Shown here: piece by piece, positions 12,020 through 24,448 of the stretch
Position numbering within the stretch: the first letter of the stretch is position 1
Layout: each line of letters begins with the position of its first letter
Assembly (NCBI GenBank): GCA_013265495.1
Contig: MU058836.1
Span: 62,001-126,000 of the forward strand
DNA length: 64,000 nt
From: Vicugna vicugna
Lineage: Eukaryota
Direction of reading: 5' to 3'
Position numbers and translations under genes: made by a program
Notes under the pieces: generated by a model
Database searches by the model: none
What the model was told of the DNA's origin: nothing
Seen by the model: the letters and a program-made list of their open reading frames with translations, nothing else

Positions 12020-15000
12020 CTCTCTTCCAGTTTTATTGAGATTGATTGACATATAATATTATATAATTTAAAAATGTAAAGTATATTGATTTGATCTATT
12101 TATATATTGCAAAATGATTACCACCATAGTATTATGGTGCTAACACCTCCATCCCATCACATAATTACCATTTCTTTTTTGTAGTGAGCACATTTACCCT
12201 CTTGGTAGCATTCAAGAATATAATACATATGGCAATAAATTGGACATCTTAGAAGAAATAGACAAGTTTCTAGAAACACACAGTCCACCAAAACTGAATG
12301 AAGAAGAAAAGATCATTTGTATAGACCAATCACTAGAAGTAAAATAAAATGAGCAATAAAAAGCCTCCCTGCAAACAAAAGTCCAGGACCAGACGGCTTC
12401 ACTGGGGACTTCTATCAAACATACAAAGAAAAGCTCATACCAATCCTTCTCAAACTCTTCCAAAAGACTGAAGAGGAGGGAATACTCCCAAACTCATTCT
12501 ATGAAGCCACCATCACCCTGATACCAAAACCAGACAAAGACACTACCAAAAAGAAAACTATAGGCCAATATCATTGATGAACATCGGTGCAATGATCCTC
12601 AACAAAATATTAGCAAACAGAATCTAATGACACATAAAAAAGATCATTCACCATGATCAAGTTAGGTTCATCCCAGGGACACAAGGATGGTTCAACATAC
12701 CCAAATAAATCAACATGACACACCACATCAACAAAACAAAGGACAAAAATCACATGATCATCTCAATAGATGCAGAAAAAGTATTTGATAAAATTCGACA
12801 CCCATCTATCATAAAAACTCTACCCAAAGTGATGGTATGACAGACCCACAGCCAGCATAACACTCAGTGGTGAAAAGCTGAAAGCCTTCCCTCTAACATC
12901 TGGAACAAGACAAGGATGCCCACTCTCACCACTTCTATTCAACACAGTATTGTAAGTCTTAGCCATAGCAATCAGAAAAGAGAAATAAAGCGGATTCAAA
13001 TTGGAAGACAAGAGGTAAAATTGTCATTATATGCAGATGACATGATACTATATATAAAAAGGCTCCACACAAAAACTACTAGAGCTGATAAAAGAATTTG
13101 GCAACGTAGCAGGATACAAGATTAACATACAGAACTCAGTGGCATTTCTTTACACTAACAATGTATCAGAAAAGGAAAGTAAAGAAACAATCCCTCTTAA
13201 AATTGCATCCAAACAATAAAATACTTAGGAATAAATCTGACCAAGGAAGTGAAAGACTTGTACACAGAGAACTACAAAACACTGACTAAGGAAATTAAAG
13301 ATGACTTGAAGAAATGGCAAGATATCCCATGTCTTGGATTGGAAGAATCAATATTGTGAAAATGGCCACACTACCCAAAGCAATCTACAGATTTAATGTG
13401 ATCCCTATCAAAATTCCCTGGGATATTTTTCACAGAAGTAGAACAAATAATCCTAAAATTTATATGGAATCACAAAAGACCCAGAATTGCCAAAGCAATA
13501 CTGAAGAAAAAGAATGAAGCTGGAGAAATAACACTCCCAGACTTCAGACAATACTACAGAGCTACAGTAATCAAAACAGCATGGTTGGTACAAAAACAGA
13601 CATATGAATTAATGGAACAGAATAGAGAGTCCAGAAATAAACCCACAGACCTTTGGTCAATTAATCTTCAACAAAGGAGGCAAGAATATATAACAGAGTA
13701 AAGACAGTCTCTCTTTAGCAAATGGTGTTAGGATAACTGGACAGCTGCATGTAAATCAATGAAATTAGAATACTCTATCACACTATACACAAAAGTAAAG
13801 TCAAAATGGCTTAAAAACTTACACATAAGACAAGACACTATAAAGGTCCTAGAAGAAAACACAGGCAGAACATTTTTTGACATAAATCATAGCAATGTTC
13901 TCCTAGGGCAGTCTACTCACACAATAGAAATAAAAGCAAACATTAACAAATGGGACCTAATTAAATTTATAAGGTTTTGCACAGCAAAGGAAACCATAAG
14001 CAAAACAAAAAGACAACCTACAGAATGGGAGAAAATGTTTGCAAATGATGTGACTGACAAAGGCAAAATTTCTAGAATATACAAACAGCTCATGCAACTT
14101 AATAAGAAAAACATAAACAATTCAATCCAAAAATGGGCAGAAGACCTAAACAACCAATTCTCCAAAGAAGACATACAAATGGCCAACAGGCACATGAAAA
14201 AATTATCAGTATCGCTAATTATCAGAGAAATGCAAATCAAAACTACAATGAGGTATCACCTCACACCAGTCAGAATGGCCATCATTCAAAAGTCCACAAA
14301 CTATAAATGCTGGAGAGGGTGTGGAGAAAAGGGAACTCTCTTACACTGTTGGTGGGAACATAGTTTCATGAAGCCTTTATGGAAAACAGTATGGAGATTC
14401 CTCAAAAGACTAACAACAGACTTACCCTGTGATCCAGCAATCCCAATCCTGGGCATATATCCAGAGGGAACTCTAATTTGAAAAGATACAGTCACCCCAA
14501 TGTTCACAGCAGCACTATATACAATAGCCAAGACATAGAAACAACCTAAATGTCCATCAACAGGTGACTGGATAAAGAAGTTGTGGTATATTTATACAAA
14601 GAATACTACTCAGCTGTAAAACATACTAAAATAATGCTGTTTGCAGCAACATGGATGGACCTGGAGATTATCATTCTAAGTGAAGTAAGCCAGAAAGATA
14701 AAGAAAAATACCATATGATATCATTCATATGTAGAATCCAAAAAAAACCCCCGACAAATGAACGTATTTACAAAACAGAAACAGACTCACAAACATAGAA
14801 AACAAACTTATAGTTACCAGTGGGAAGGGGGTGGGAAGGGATAAATTGAGAGTTCAAGATTTGAATATACTAATATATATAAAATAGATAAACAACAAGT
14901 TTATACTGTATAGCACAGGGAACTATGTTCAGTATCTTGTAGTAACTTTTGGTGAAAATGAATATACGTATGTTCATGTATGACTGAAGCATTACGCTGT

Positions 15001-15215
15001 ACACCAGAAATTGACACATTGTAAACTGACTATACTTCATTAAAAATATAAATTAAAAAAACTTCATAAAACCATCCACTAAAAAAATACAGTACAGTTT
15101 TATTAGCTATAATCACCACATTGTACGATACAGCCTCAGAACTTGCTAATCTTGTAAGTGGAAGTTTATACCCTGTGACCTGTATCTCCCCATTTCCACC
15201 ACCTCCCAACCACTG
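12020..15215 (-). mobile_element. Older L1MA-type 3'UTR split by a younger L1 (pieces ~12020-12227 and ~15086-15215)
   Basis: ttgcaaaatgattaccaccata...cataattaccatttc continues after the insert as cagttttattagctataatcaccac...gaagtttataccctgtgacc. Confidence 0.8.
12228..15085 (+). mobile_element. 5'-truncated lineage-specific L1 (RT domain to 3'UTR and A-rich tail), inactive
   Basis: [10 protein letters not shown] motif; 240-aa ORF2 C-terminal fragment at 13759-14481; diverged TSD aatataataca (12217-12227) / aatacagtaca (15086-15096). Confidence 0.95.
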
Positions 15216-15411
15216 AATAGTGCATTTTTAATGGTAATTGATATAAACCTGTATTTTAAGTCATCTTAGTAATTTCAGTTTTGGGGAGACTTTCTATCTG
15301 TTTCTTCATTATGATTATATATAACTCCATAATGAAACAAACGAAGGTTTTGCACAAGGAATAGAAGTATCAGTTGCTATTTTCTTAATGTTGGCTGCAC
15401 TTACTTTATTT

Positions 15412-15549
15412 TTGTATTTTTGTTTGTTTGTTTGTTTTCAGGGGAGGTAGTTAAGTTTATTTATTTATTCTTAATGGAGGTACTGGGGATTGAACCCAGG
15501 ACCTCGTGAATCCTACGTGTACACTCTACCACTGAGTTCCACTGTCCCC
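15412..15549 (-). mobile_element. tRNA-derived SINE, camelid Vic-1-like
   Basis: Reverse A/B boxes (ctctaccactgag, ggggattgaacccagg); T-rich tail; 17-bp TSD ctgcacttactttattt (15395) / ctgcatttactttattt (15552). Confidence 0.9.
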
Positions 15550-16754
15550 ACCTGCATTTACTTTATTTCTATTATTTTCTATCCACGGTTTCTTTGGAAG
15601 AATCTTCTAAAGCCACTTGTCAATTGTGTCAGTGTTCATTTACTTAAAACTAGGTAAAATAACCTGAAAATCCACTTAAGCAGGCACTCATGAGCTGCAA
15701 TGCGTTACTATCCACGGGAGGGAGAAGAACAAGTGAGGTACCACTGTCTATCCCTGGACATTATAGAATTCCATTTTCCCTCTCAAGCAATCCAACCTAC
15801 TGTGCGTGGCGTGGTCATCTGACAAGTGGATGGGTGGTAAGAGACTGATTATCAGTAGATATAAGTAGAGTATTATATATCTACTGATACACAGTAGAAG
15901 AATAACTTCTTTTACTTTTGGATTTTTAAAATATCAGTAGAGGTCAATATTTTTTCTACATCTGAGTAGATCTCTGGCACAGCATTTTGGCTCTGTCCCC
16001 ACCCTTGAGATCACAACTTTATCACCTCCTCTATGTGGCTTTCCTAACCACCTACTAGAGCAGGTCCCATTACCCCTGCCCCATGCGCTTCCTTTATAAT
16101 TACTATGAAATTTGCACGTGTATATTTGTGTGTAATTATTATAAATTTACAATTATTTATGCATTTGTAATTATTTATAATACGTTAACTTGGTTTTTGT
16201 TTGCAGCCTCCACAAGGGCAGAAACCATTGTCCATCATCTTTCAACACTTGTCCCCAGCCATCTACAGAGCTCTGGTCTCTGCAAGTATGTGTGAACGTT
16301 CAGCAATTCTCAGTAGCAATTCGATGATACATTGATGTGAATAATTGTAAGGTGAATGGCAAATCATTTGTCATTAATTACATTAAAATAAATATCACTT
16401 GTGTATGGCTTTTAATTTAAGAGGAACTAAAGCTGTCCCTATAACAATATTACTGTGGGTTGTATTCATTTATAATCTTTAGAACAAAGTAAACTAGGTG
16501 AAGTTTCCCCTGGTGCCAGAATTGTGTGTAATTTACAGCTTAGCTAGTGTATGTCCCATGTCATCCTTGCTCATCAATATGAACTTCACCTTCCCTGCAC
16601 ATCATGGGACACTGCAGGGTAAGAAATGATGACCTGCCGGGGGAGAAAGGTATGAAGATGTAGAGCATGGTGCACGGTCTGACAGAGGAATGGACAAGCA
16701 CTATGGAAAAAGGAGTAGTGTGCCCTGACTGCTATTCGGGTCAGTAAATCTCAG

Positions 16755-16975
16755 TGGAGGAAAAAATGCCTTAGAAATAGACAGACCTTAATTGTAATCC
16801 CGCCTGTGCAATTTACTAGTGGTATGACCGTGCAGACAGCCTTTACACCAGGAACCTCAGTTCCTTCAACTCTAAAAATGACCATAAGCATTCCTGATCT
16901 CAGAGAGTGTTTGTGAGAAATGAAGCTGTCAAGGAGGAAGCTTTTGGATAGCTTAAAATGCTATCTGAAAGTTTT
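16755..16975 (+). mobile_element. MIR
   Basis: cagtggaggaaaaaatgccttagaaatagacagacc...cctcagttccttcaactctaaaaatg. Confidence 0.7.
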
Positions 16976-17569
16976 AACCACAAACCATTCTCTTCTCAGT
17001 TGCTCCACGGAGCTAGACTCAGCTCAATTTAATCAATGTTCCATGAACACTTCTTGTGTTTCAGACACTATGCAAAGAACCTGGAATACCGAATGGATAC
17101 AGAGCCTGCCCTCCGGCTCCCCGCCATCCAGCAGGAGAGACAGACACGTGCGCAGGTAAGTGCCCAGAGTGCACAGTTCATGCAGTTACGGACTAGGAGA
17201 AAGAGCACACAACAGGCTGCTGACCTGTGCGGGGCCGGGGGAGGGTACTGTTCGTGGGAGAATCGCGCCTTGAGGAAAACTCTTAGAGGAGGAAGGCTGA
17301 GCAGTGTTGCGAAGGCATTCCAGAGTAGGAGGCGGCTTGCCACGCAGAGGCAACAGTTTGCACGAAGGCATAGAGCCCCTGCCGCCTTGGACCAGCATCT
17401 GTGTGTGTTGAGTGTGTGCATGTGTGTGTCCCTGTATATGGTGACAGAAGAATGGGGCAGCAGGTCACAGGAGACCCTCAGCAGTTCTCTGTGGTTGAAG
17501 AATAAAGTAAGGGCAAGAGACGTAGATGAGGCAGGAGGGTAGGGAGAGTTTGGTTTAGAGTCTGGGAAA

Positions 17570-17765
17570 GACATTACTAGCTTGTTCATCATGAGTACTT
17601 CCTATGTAACAGGCTTTTCCCCGGCCTTGTCTCACCAATTATGGTTCCTTTTATTATTTGTTCCTTTTACAGATGAAGAAACAGGTTGAGTGAGGGTAAA
17701 TGACTAGCCCAACATCACATCACTAATACATTGAGGAGCCTGGATTCATAACCTGGGTCTAGAAT
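17570..17765 (-). mobile_element. MIR
   Basis: ccttttacagatgaagaaacagg...gtaaatgactagcccaacatcaca. Confidence 0.75.
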
Positions 17766-18124
17766 CACAGACGTCGATGCGCCAGAGAGGATGGGGTTAA
17801 ACTCGGGCTGGACTTTGGTATGCGGCGAAAGTCATGTGACCCTCAGACAGTTGTAAGCAAAGCCGCAGAGTTCATTTTCACCTCCAGCATGCCAACTTCC
17901 GGCAGTATTTCTCTACCCTGATCCCTGATCATGAGCCTCTTAACCCTGCGTTACAAGGCTGTGTTTCTTTGTGCTCTTCCCAGTGAAGCTGGAGCCTTTC
18001 GGGCCAAAGAGGAGACACCGGGTTTTTCTTTCCTGCAACAAGCCCACAAGCCAACTTGCTAAGAGCTCTTTCCTCCTTCCCATTGCTAAATCTGACTGAC
18101 CAGGGCACGTTCTATGGAGACTGA

Positions 18125-18347
18125 GTTTATAAACCTCACTTCCTGTGACATTCCCCACCCCACCCCCATTCCCTTGCAGGCATCAGCCTGGAGCCCCCTC
18201 CCCTTGGAATCCAGGGAGTGGGAGCTGCAGAAACCCATCAGGCGCCATCTGAATCTGCTCTTTGCACAATAGCAACCTCGCTGGGTTGCAGCCCTGCCTG
18301 CAAAGGTCACCATGTGATGAACCCACGATTAACCTTATTCTCCAATC
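18125..18347. promoter_or_regulatory. Promoter/enhancer-like motif cluster (TATAAA, ETS, CACCC/G4 tract, CCAAT)
   Basis: gtttataaac 18125-18134; cacttcctgt 18137-18146; C-tracts 18153-18173; ccaatca ~18341; sequence appears non-repetitive. Confidence 0.3.
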
Positions 18348-20064
18348 AGAATTTTGGTCTAATCTCTGGGACTGCATGGCTCACACACATGGTCCTTTCG
18401 TTTCTGTAGAACTGGAGACCTGAAATGTGACAGTCTTAGATATGCCAAGCACCAGAGGAAACCACAGAGTTCATATTACATATATTAGGGTTTTTTTTTT
18501 TCTCCCAAGCTGCAATTCTCAACAGGCTCTCGCAGACCTTAGGTGATGGAACGGCTTCCTCTGAAGGAGGCTCTCCATTTCTGTGGCCTTGCTATGCAAA
18601 GGACACTGACACCGCAGTGTGTGTTTTGCTCGGCTGTGATGTAGCACAGTCGCATTTTGTAGGCAGGCTGGAAGTGGCCACCCCAGAGCTGCGAGCTATG
18701 GAGAACATTCATTTCTGCCACCACAGACAGCTCAGCCACAGACATGGATGATGAAAGGGAAATTGGCATTGACCTTGTTGGTTTGCAAGGAGCAGATGGG
18801 ACCTGGAGTCTGGTTAGCGAAGAAAAATGAAATCAAGCCTCCTCTGTAGTGTTTGAAGAGCAGGAGCTGGGCCCAACAGAACTCCTCTGTCTCCTTCCTC
18901 ACCGCTGCGTGTGTGTGTGGGTGGGTGTGCGTGGAGGGGGGGTGCATGCACACATGCACACGCGTCTGCATGCGCCTATACACACACACATGCTGTGTCT
19001 GACATGCATGGGAGAAGCCCTGTGCCCTCGTCCGTGCGAGCTCCCTGTTGCACATTTGGCATCTGACTGACATGTAGGACTCTCACAGACATCAATAGCA
19101 CAGTAGCTCAGAATGCGTAAGAGATTTTTGCTGTTGATAAGAAGACAGAGAGGAAAATGTTACTGAGACTACTTTCCAAGCCCTCCAGGAGTCCTCCTTC
19201 AGAGGAAGGAAGTCTCTCTTAAGAGTCATGCAAGAGGTGAGGAATAAAGCTGATGCAGCCAAGCGTAAATACGGACCCACCCCAGATCATCTGCGTTGTG
19301 CCCTCGTCCTCTTGGTTTTGCTCCTGTTGGTTTCCCCCACCAGGAATGTCCTCACCCTCCCATTTCCCACCCGGTGAAATCCTTTTCATTTTCTGAGTCA
19401 CAGCTGAATTTTCACTTGCTTCAAAAATCCTTCTCTGAATTTTCCCCATTCAGCACAAATCGTTCCTTCCTCTCACCTGAAATTTTTGGAGAAGGGAGGC
19501 CATGCCCCACACGTGCATACCAGGTGCTCAAAGATGATGCAGTACGTGGAACAGTGGGGCCTGAGTTCAAACCAGGCTCTCCCATACTGGAGCTGCGAGA
19601 CTCTGGGGATAAGCTCCCCAAGCCTCAGTTTTCTCATCAGTAAGGATGTAATGACCACTTCATGAAAAGGGTGGTAGTATTTAATGAGATAATATATATA
19701 AAGAACCTAGCAATGGAGGGCTTCCTTGGCCCAGACACCGGATCTGATTCCTCTTTGTAGTGTATTTTGTACAATTCCTGACCCATTTTAGGCATGAGCT
19801 GAATCTTGATTAAATAGAATATATTTCCTACTTACTATTTCCATTGATATCAAATAATAAAAATAATGCTAAGGGAAATAGTAGCAGGTAACAGTGCACA
19901 AAGGCTTTATCTTATCTTATTACAAAGGCATGTGTTATTTTATCTTCATGAAAAACTCTGAAGGTAGATATAATTATCCCCCTTTACAGATGAGGAAGTT
20001 GAGGTACACAGTTGGTAGTGAGTGAATACGATTTCAAACGTAATCCTAGTGCTTAGCTGTCACT

Positions 20065-20230
20065 CAGTGGTTCTCAACTGTGACTGCACATGAGTATCAC
20101 CAGCAGAGCTTTTAAAAATGCCAATACCTGGACCTCACCCTCAGATTTAGTCTCAGTCTGAAGTGGAGCCCAGTGATTGTTTTTAAAAGTCCCAGGTGAT
20201 TCCATGTGCAACCAGGGATGAGAACTCCTG
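20065..20230. mobile_element. MER5A-like hAT-Charlie MITE
   Basis: TIR-like ends cagtggttctcaa ... tgagaactcctg; ccaggtgattcc core. Confidence 0.8.
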
Positions 20231-22899
20231 ACTTCAGGCAATGCTATGGTGCAGGTAGAGTTTTGTATCTTAACATAGATCATGTGTTCCAGCTTTATCT
20301 TGCCCAGATTAAGTAGCCATCCATTAACCAATTTGGGGACAGAACCTCCCAACTTCACGAAATTGCTCTGATAAGATAATTCTGTCAACCCTCCCTAGCA
20401 GGTCTGGGTTCCTGAAAATGGGAACATCTGATACACCTTTTATTTCCAGTCATAACTCTTGAATGGTTCATTCATTCATTCATTCATTCAGCTGATCATT
20501 CTTCAAATCAGCAAGCACTCTGAGCTCCTAGCAGGAGCAAGAGGGGATTAGAAGCAGGTAATTCAGAGGAGCAGTGTGCACCATCAAGGTGCTCAAAGTC
20601 TAACGAAAGAGGGAGGAACAAAGGACTAGGGTTCAGTATAGTTCGTATTAGGAGAGAGACATGGTAGTTGTAGAAATCTGTAAGGAATGGCTAAAGCGTT
20701 CCTCACCATCTTCATCTCCTGCCCTTCCTCTTACCCCAGCCCCATAAATCCTGCCCACAATGAGTTTGTAGCCAGCCACTAGCGCCTCAGAGGGTTAGGT
20801 GTCCCACATATTCCACTGAAGTAGCAGAGCTGATTGTGGGCCTGAGTCCCTTTCTAGGGTCCCAACTTGAAGGAGTAGAGGGAAGCCCCAGGGATGCAGG
20901 TCCTCACGCCCCTGGGGGAATTGTGACAGGAGAAAGAGAAATAAACTTCTGGAGTGCTGGAGGCTTGTGGGTAAACCCTTTGGAACAGTCACTCTCTCTT
21001 GGCCCTGGAGGGCTTCAGCCAAGTGGGCAGGTCCTGGGTTGAGTTTTGCAGCCCAGGGCTGGAATGCGCTGTTCCTTACTTTGAAAAGACAAACATGAAT
21101 GAATGGGCAGGGGGTGAGTGAAGGCATGGCACAAAAAGAGCACAGAGGTCAGAACCAGAGGTGCCACATCGCTCATTGGCTACAAGAAGGGCCAAACACG
21201 GCCTGAGGTGGAGATGAAGCCAAGCTTAGGAGCCAGGACCAAGGAGAAATGGAGCCAGGTGCTAGGAGCAGAGAACTTTTGCCAACAGGCAGGCTGCAGT
21301 GTTCTGAGATCATCTGAAGGTCACTGTCTCTGTCCTATCTGAGTGGAGCAACCCACGCAGAAGGAACAGCATGAACTAGGTCTAGGATTTACTATCAAGA
21401 CGTCAACAGAGTGTCAAGGTGTCTCACCATCAGGGATCTGGGCTCCATCAGAATTATCCCTACCTTAGAGCACGAGGCTCAACACTGGTAACAGCACCCC
21501 AGGCGTGTTCGAGTCAAGCACAGATGGGGCAGAACTGTCCCTTCCTTCCACACTGAAGACTCAGCACCCAGACAGTGCCCTTTTGTCAGCTCCTGCTCAG
21601 CTGCAGTCACAAGGTGAGACTGTCCTAAGGCCGGGTAAGTCTTGAACCCCAGCTAATCTTCATGTTGTTCTTTTTCTCAAAAATACCATTGTGTCCCTGG
21701 ACTCCTTTACAAGCAACTTCTTCTGGATCCACACGACACCCATATGTAATTTGTAGGACAGGTACATGTCTCCCGGAGAGGCTTGGGGAGGTCATGATGT
21801 GTCCAAAGTTGCAAAGCCAGACCCAGGTCTCAGACCTCTGGTCTTATGTTCTGGTGCCCTTTTCATTACTACGTCTACCTTGTTCTAGAGGGATGGCCTG
21901 TTAGCTTTAGAATCCAGTCTCTGATTTTGCGAGGAGTTTTGATTTCTGGAGGTGCTGGTCCAGGTTGGGTGGAGTGTGGAGTTTCCCAGGAGGACAAAGA
22001 GGGTGCAGCTGGAGCCCACAGGGTGTGCTACATGACTTCCGGTGTGTGGGGGGAGTAAATGTGGGTCCTGATGGAGGAGCAGGGAGAGGTTTATCTAGGA
22101 TGTGTGGAATATCATTGGAGGCGCAGAGAATGGTGGAATCTGGCCAGAGATGCTTCCCAGGAGAAGCCCAGTCTGGAGGGATCTTGGGAGATCTATGGGG
22201 GCGACAGGAGAGTCCTGGGATGAGAAACACCTGGGTGCCCCGGTGGCAGAGGCCCCTCCTTCCAAACTCATCTGTAAGGAGTTTGGCTCACACCACCTAT
22301 CGTGCAATCCCCAGTGTCTGAGGACTCCTTGACCCGTTTGCAATCAGACTCACAGTGCAGGTGCCTCCCCCCAGAGCCCCGACCAGGTGTCAGGGGATGC
22401 ACTCCGGCCCAAATGCCATGCATGCGATGGACCACAGGAAGCCAGAAGCAGAGAGTGAACTCTGGCTTCTGGGAGCCCAAAGGAGCTGGGGCAGCAACTT
22501 GGGCTTCTGACCTGGGGTGATGTGTGGATAGTCACTTTTGACCGCTCCAAGCTGGTCTGGTCATTGATGGCTTGAACGAGGTAGAGTGGTTTTTGTGCAG
22601 CCTGCCTGAGACAGCCATGGCATAAGTGAATACGCAAGGCCGTGCTCTGGCATGAGTTCGGTGACTATGCAGGTAACCCCACGGCGGCAACGAGGGCATT
22701 GGGATTAGAACCAGCAGACTTGCCCTGGGGGGGTCCTAATTCTGCTGAGTTAGTGATGGGACCTTGGGCAAGTCATGTAACTTCTCTCCATCACACTTGT
22801 CTCGACTGTAAAATAGAATAAGGCCTCAAGTATAACTTACAAAGATGCTGGAAAGGACTGTAAAGCTTTTGAGAACTACATAAATGTGAAGAGTTTTAA

Positions 22900-23445
22900 T
22901 GGAGACTCTAAAGCCAGTCTGTCTGGGCTGGGATTCTCCCTAACTTGGGCAAGTTCCTTAATGCCTCTGTGATTAAATTTTTTCATCTGTAATGTGAGGA
23001 TAATAATGCATGTTCATAATCATAGACTGGAAATCTTTGGGTTGGAGTCTGATTTGGAATGTAGAGCTTTTCATATTTTGTAATGGTAATAAAATGTGTA
23101 ACTGTCTAATTCACAAAACCCTTAGAAGGTTCTGGAACAACACTGTCATCAAACACATGAACGTTTTTTCCCATGAAACTTGACCATCCATAAGTGGGAT
23201 AAATAAAGACCATGAAAAGTCTCAGATCAGATAAGGTTCTGCTGTCAAAGGAGTCTGTATCAAGCTTGCCCCCAACTCCCATTTTCAGTGCTTTTTGGAC
23301 TGTGGAATTGTAGGTGAGGGCTTATGGACCCATAGTACCTGCCATTTCGGGTAGTCATGAAGATAAAATAAGTTAATGTGTAAAAAGGGCTTAGACCAAT
23401 GCCTGGCATATGGTAAGCACTGAATAAATATTAGCTATTATTACT
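22900..23445 (+). mobile_element. MIR split by MER46C
   Basis: ttgggcaagttccttaat...catctgtaatgtgaggataataa | tagtacctgcc...gcctggcatatggtaagcactgaataaatattagcta. Confidence 0.8.
23009..23332 (+). mobile_element. MER46C-like TcMar-Tigger element
   Basis: taagtgggataaataaagac; 3' TIR-like ttttcagtgctttttggactgtggaattgtaggtgagggcttatggacc, followed by TA. Confidence 0.75.
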
Positions 23446-24293
23446 TTTATTACCTTAAAGCGTAAAACCAAGAGAGAATGAGGTTTTGCAGGCCCTCACT
23501 GACATTTCTCAGATTTCTATTAATTAATGAACTAATAGATTTGCTGGGGAACTAATCTCCTATCCCTTTGCCTGCTGAGAAAATATATTTCCAGGCCTGA
23601 GCTATAGTCAGTACGTAAAGGGACAGTATTGTACTTTGAGGACAAATGAGTGTTCGTGTAAGTCAGAGAGAGAGGGAATTTAGCCCCAGAAAATTCTAAC
23701 AGGTTGCAAATATGAAGTATTTGAATTTTCTTGCTACTTCCAATAAATTTTCTAAATTTTCTCTTTTGAGCTTAAATGACTTTTATAATGAGTAAAGAAA
23801 GCATATTCTCTTTTAAACCCTCTCCTGCTTCCTCTTCCTTGGAGAATTGGTTCCCACACTTGCTCCCATTTACAAGGTGACCGTCAAGCAACAAGCTTTT
23901 ACTGATTTCCAACTACACACCGGACACTGCAGCGCATGGTAGGAAGCAGAAGAGAACCCAGGGACACGATCTGAAAAATCTTCAGCAAGATCACTTCCTA
24001 TTTGTGCAGCAAACTGTATTTCACACCACGCTTCAATACAAACTCCCTCAACTGGTCCTTCTCTCTAGATTAGGGAAAGTGTGTATTTCAGTCGACATTT
24101 TATGAAGAAACTTGCTCAAGTTCACTCAGCCCATTACGAATGAGGTTGGACTCAAACTTCTGAATCATGTCGGTGGTTTATTAGGATGAAAGCAGCGTTC
24201 CTGCAAACTTGGAAATCAGTGACACTGTAAGAAGGTTAATATTAGGAAACAAAGTTGTAAGTGACTGTGACCAACTACAGGTACGATCTTTAC

Positions 24294-24448
24294 CTTGGCA
24301 ACAAGTGGCAACAGAGGCTTAAGAGATTTGGTGGCACCAAATGAGATCCTTAAAGAGTGCCCCCAGAATAGTCCAACTTTCGAAAGCTGGGCATTATCAG
24401 AACTACGGAAAAAAGCTTCAACCAAAGACAGATGTTTGGAAGAGACTA
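24294..24448 (-). other. Candidate internal exon (155 nt) of an unidentified, probably non-coding transcript
   Basis: Minus-strand acceptor cctctttccttctttctctctccag and donor AAG|gtaaag. Confidence 0.3.

Noticed and set aside
13759..14481. 240-aa ORF as a host gene
   Set aside because: It is the L1 ORF2 C-terminus within a truncated, frameshifted element; the last Cys of the zinc knuckle is altered (HCWWEH)
17036..17592. Overlapping 168-aa and 174-aa antisense ORFs
   Set aside because: Largely overlap a degenerate L2 and a GT-rich tract; no coding signature
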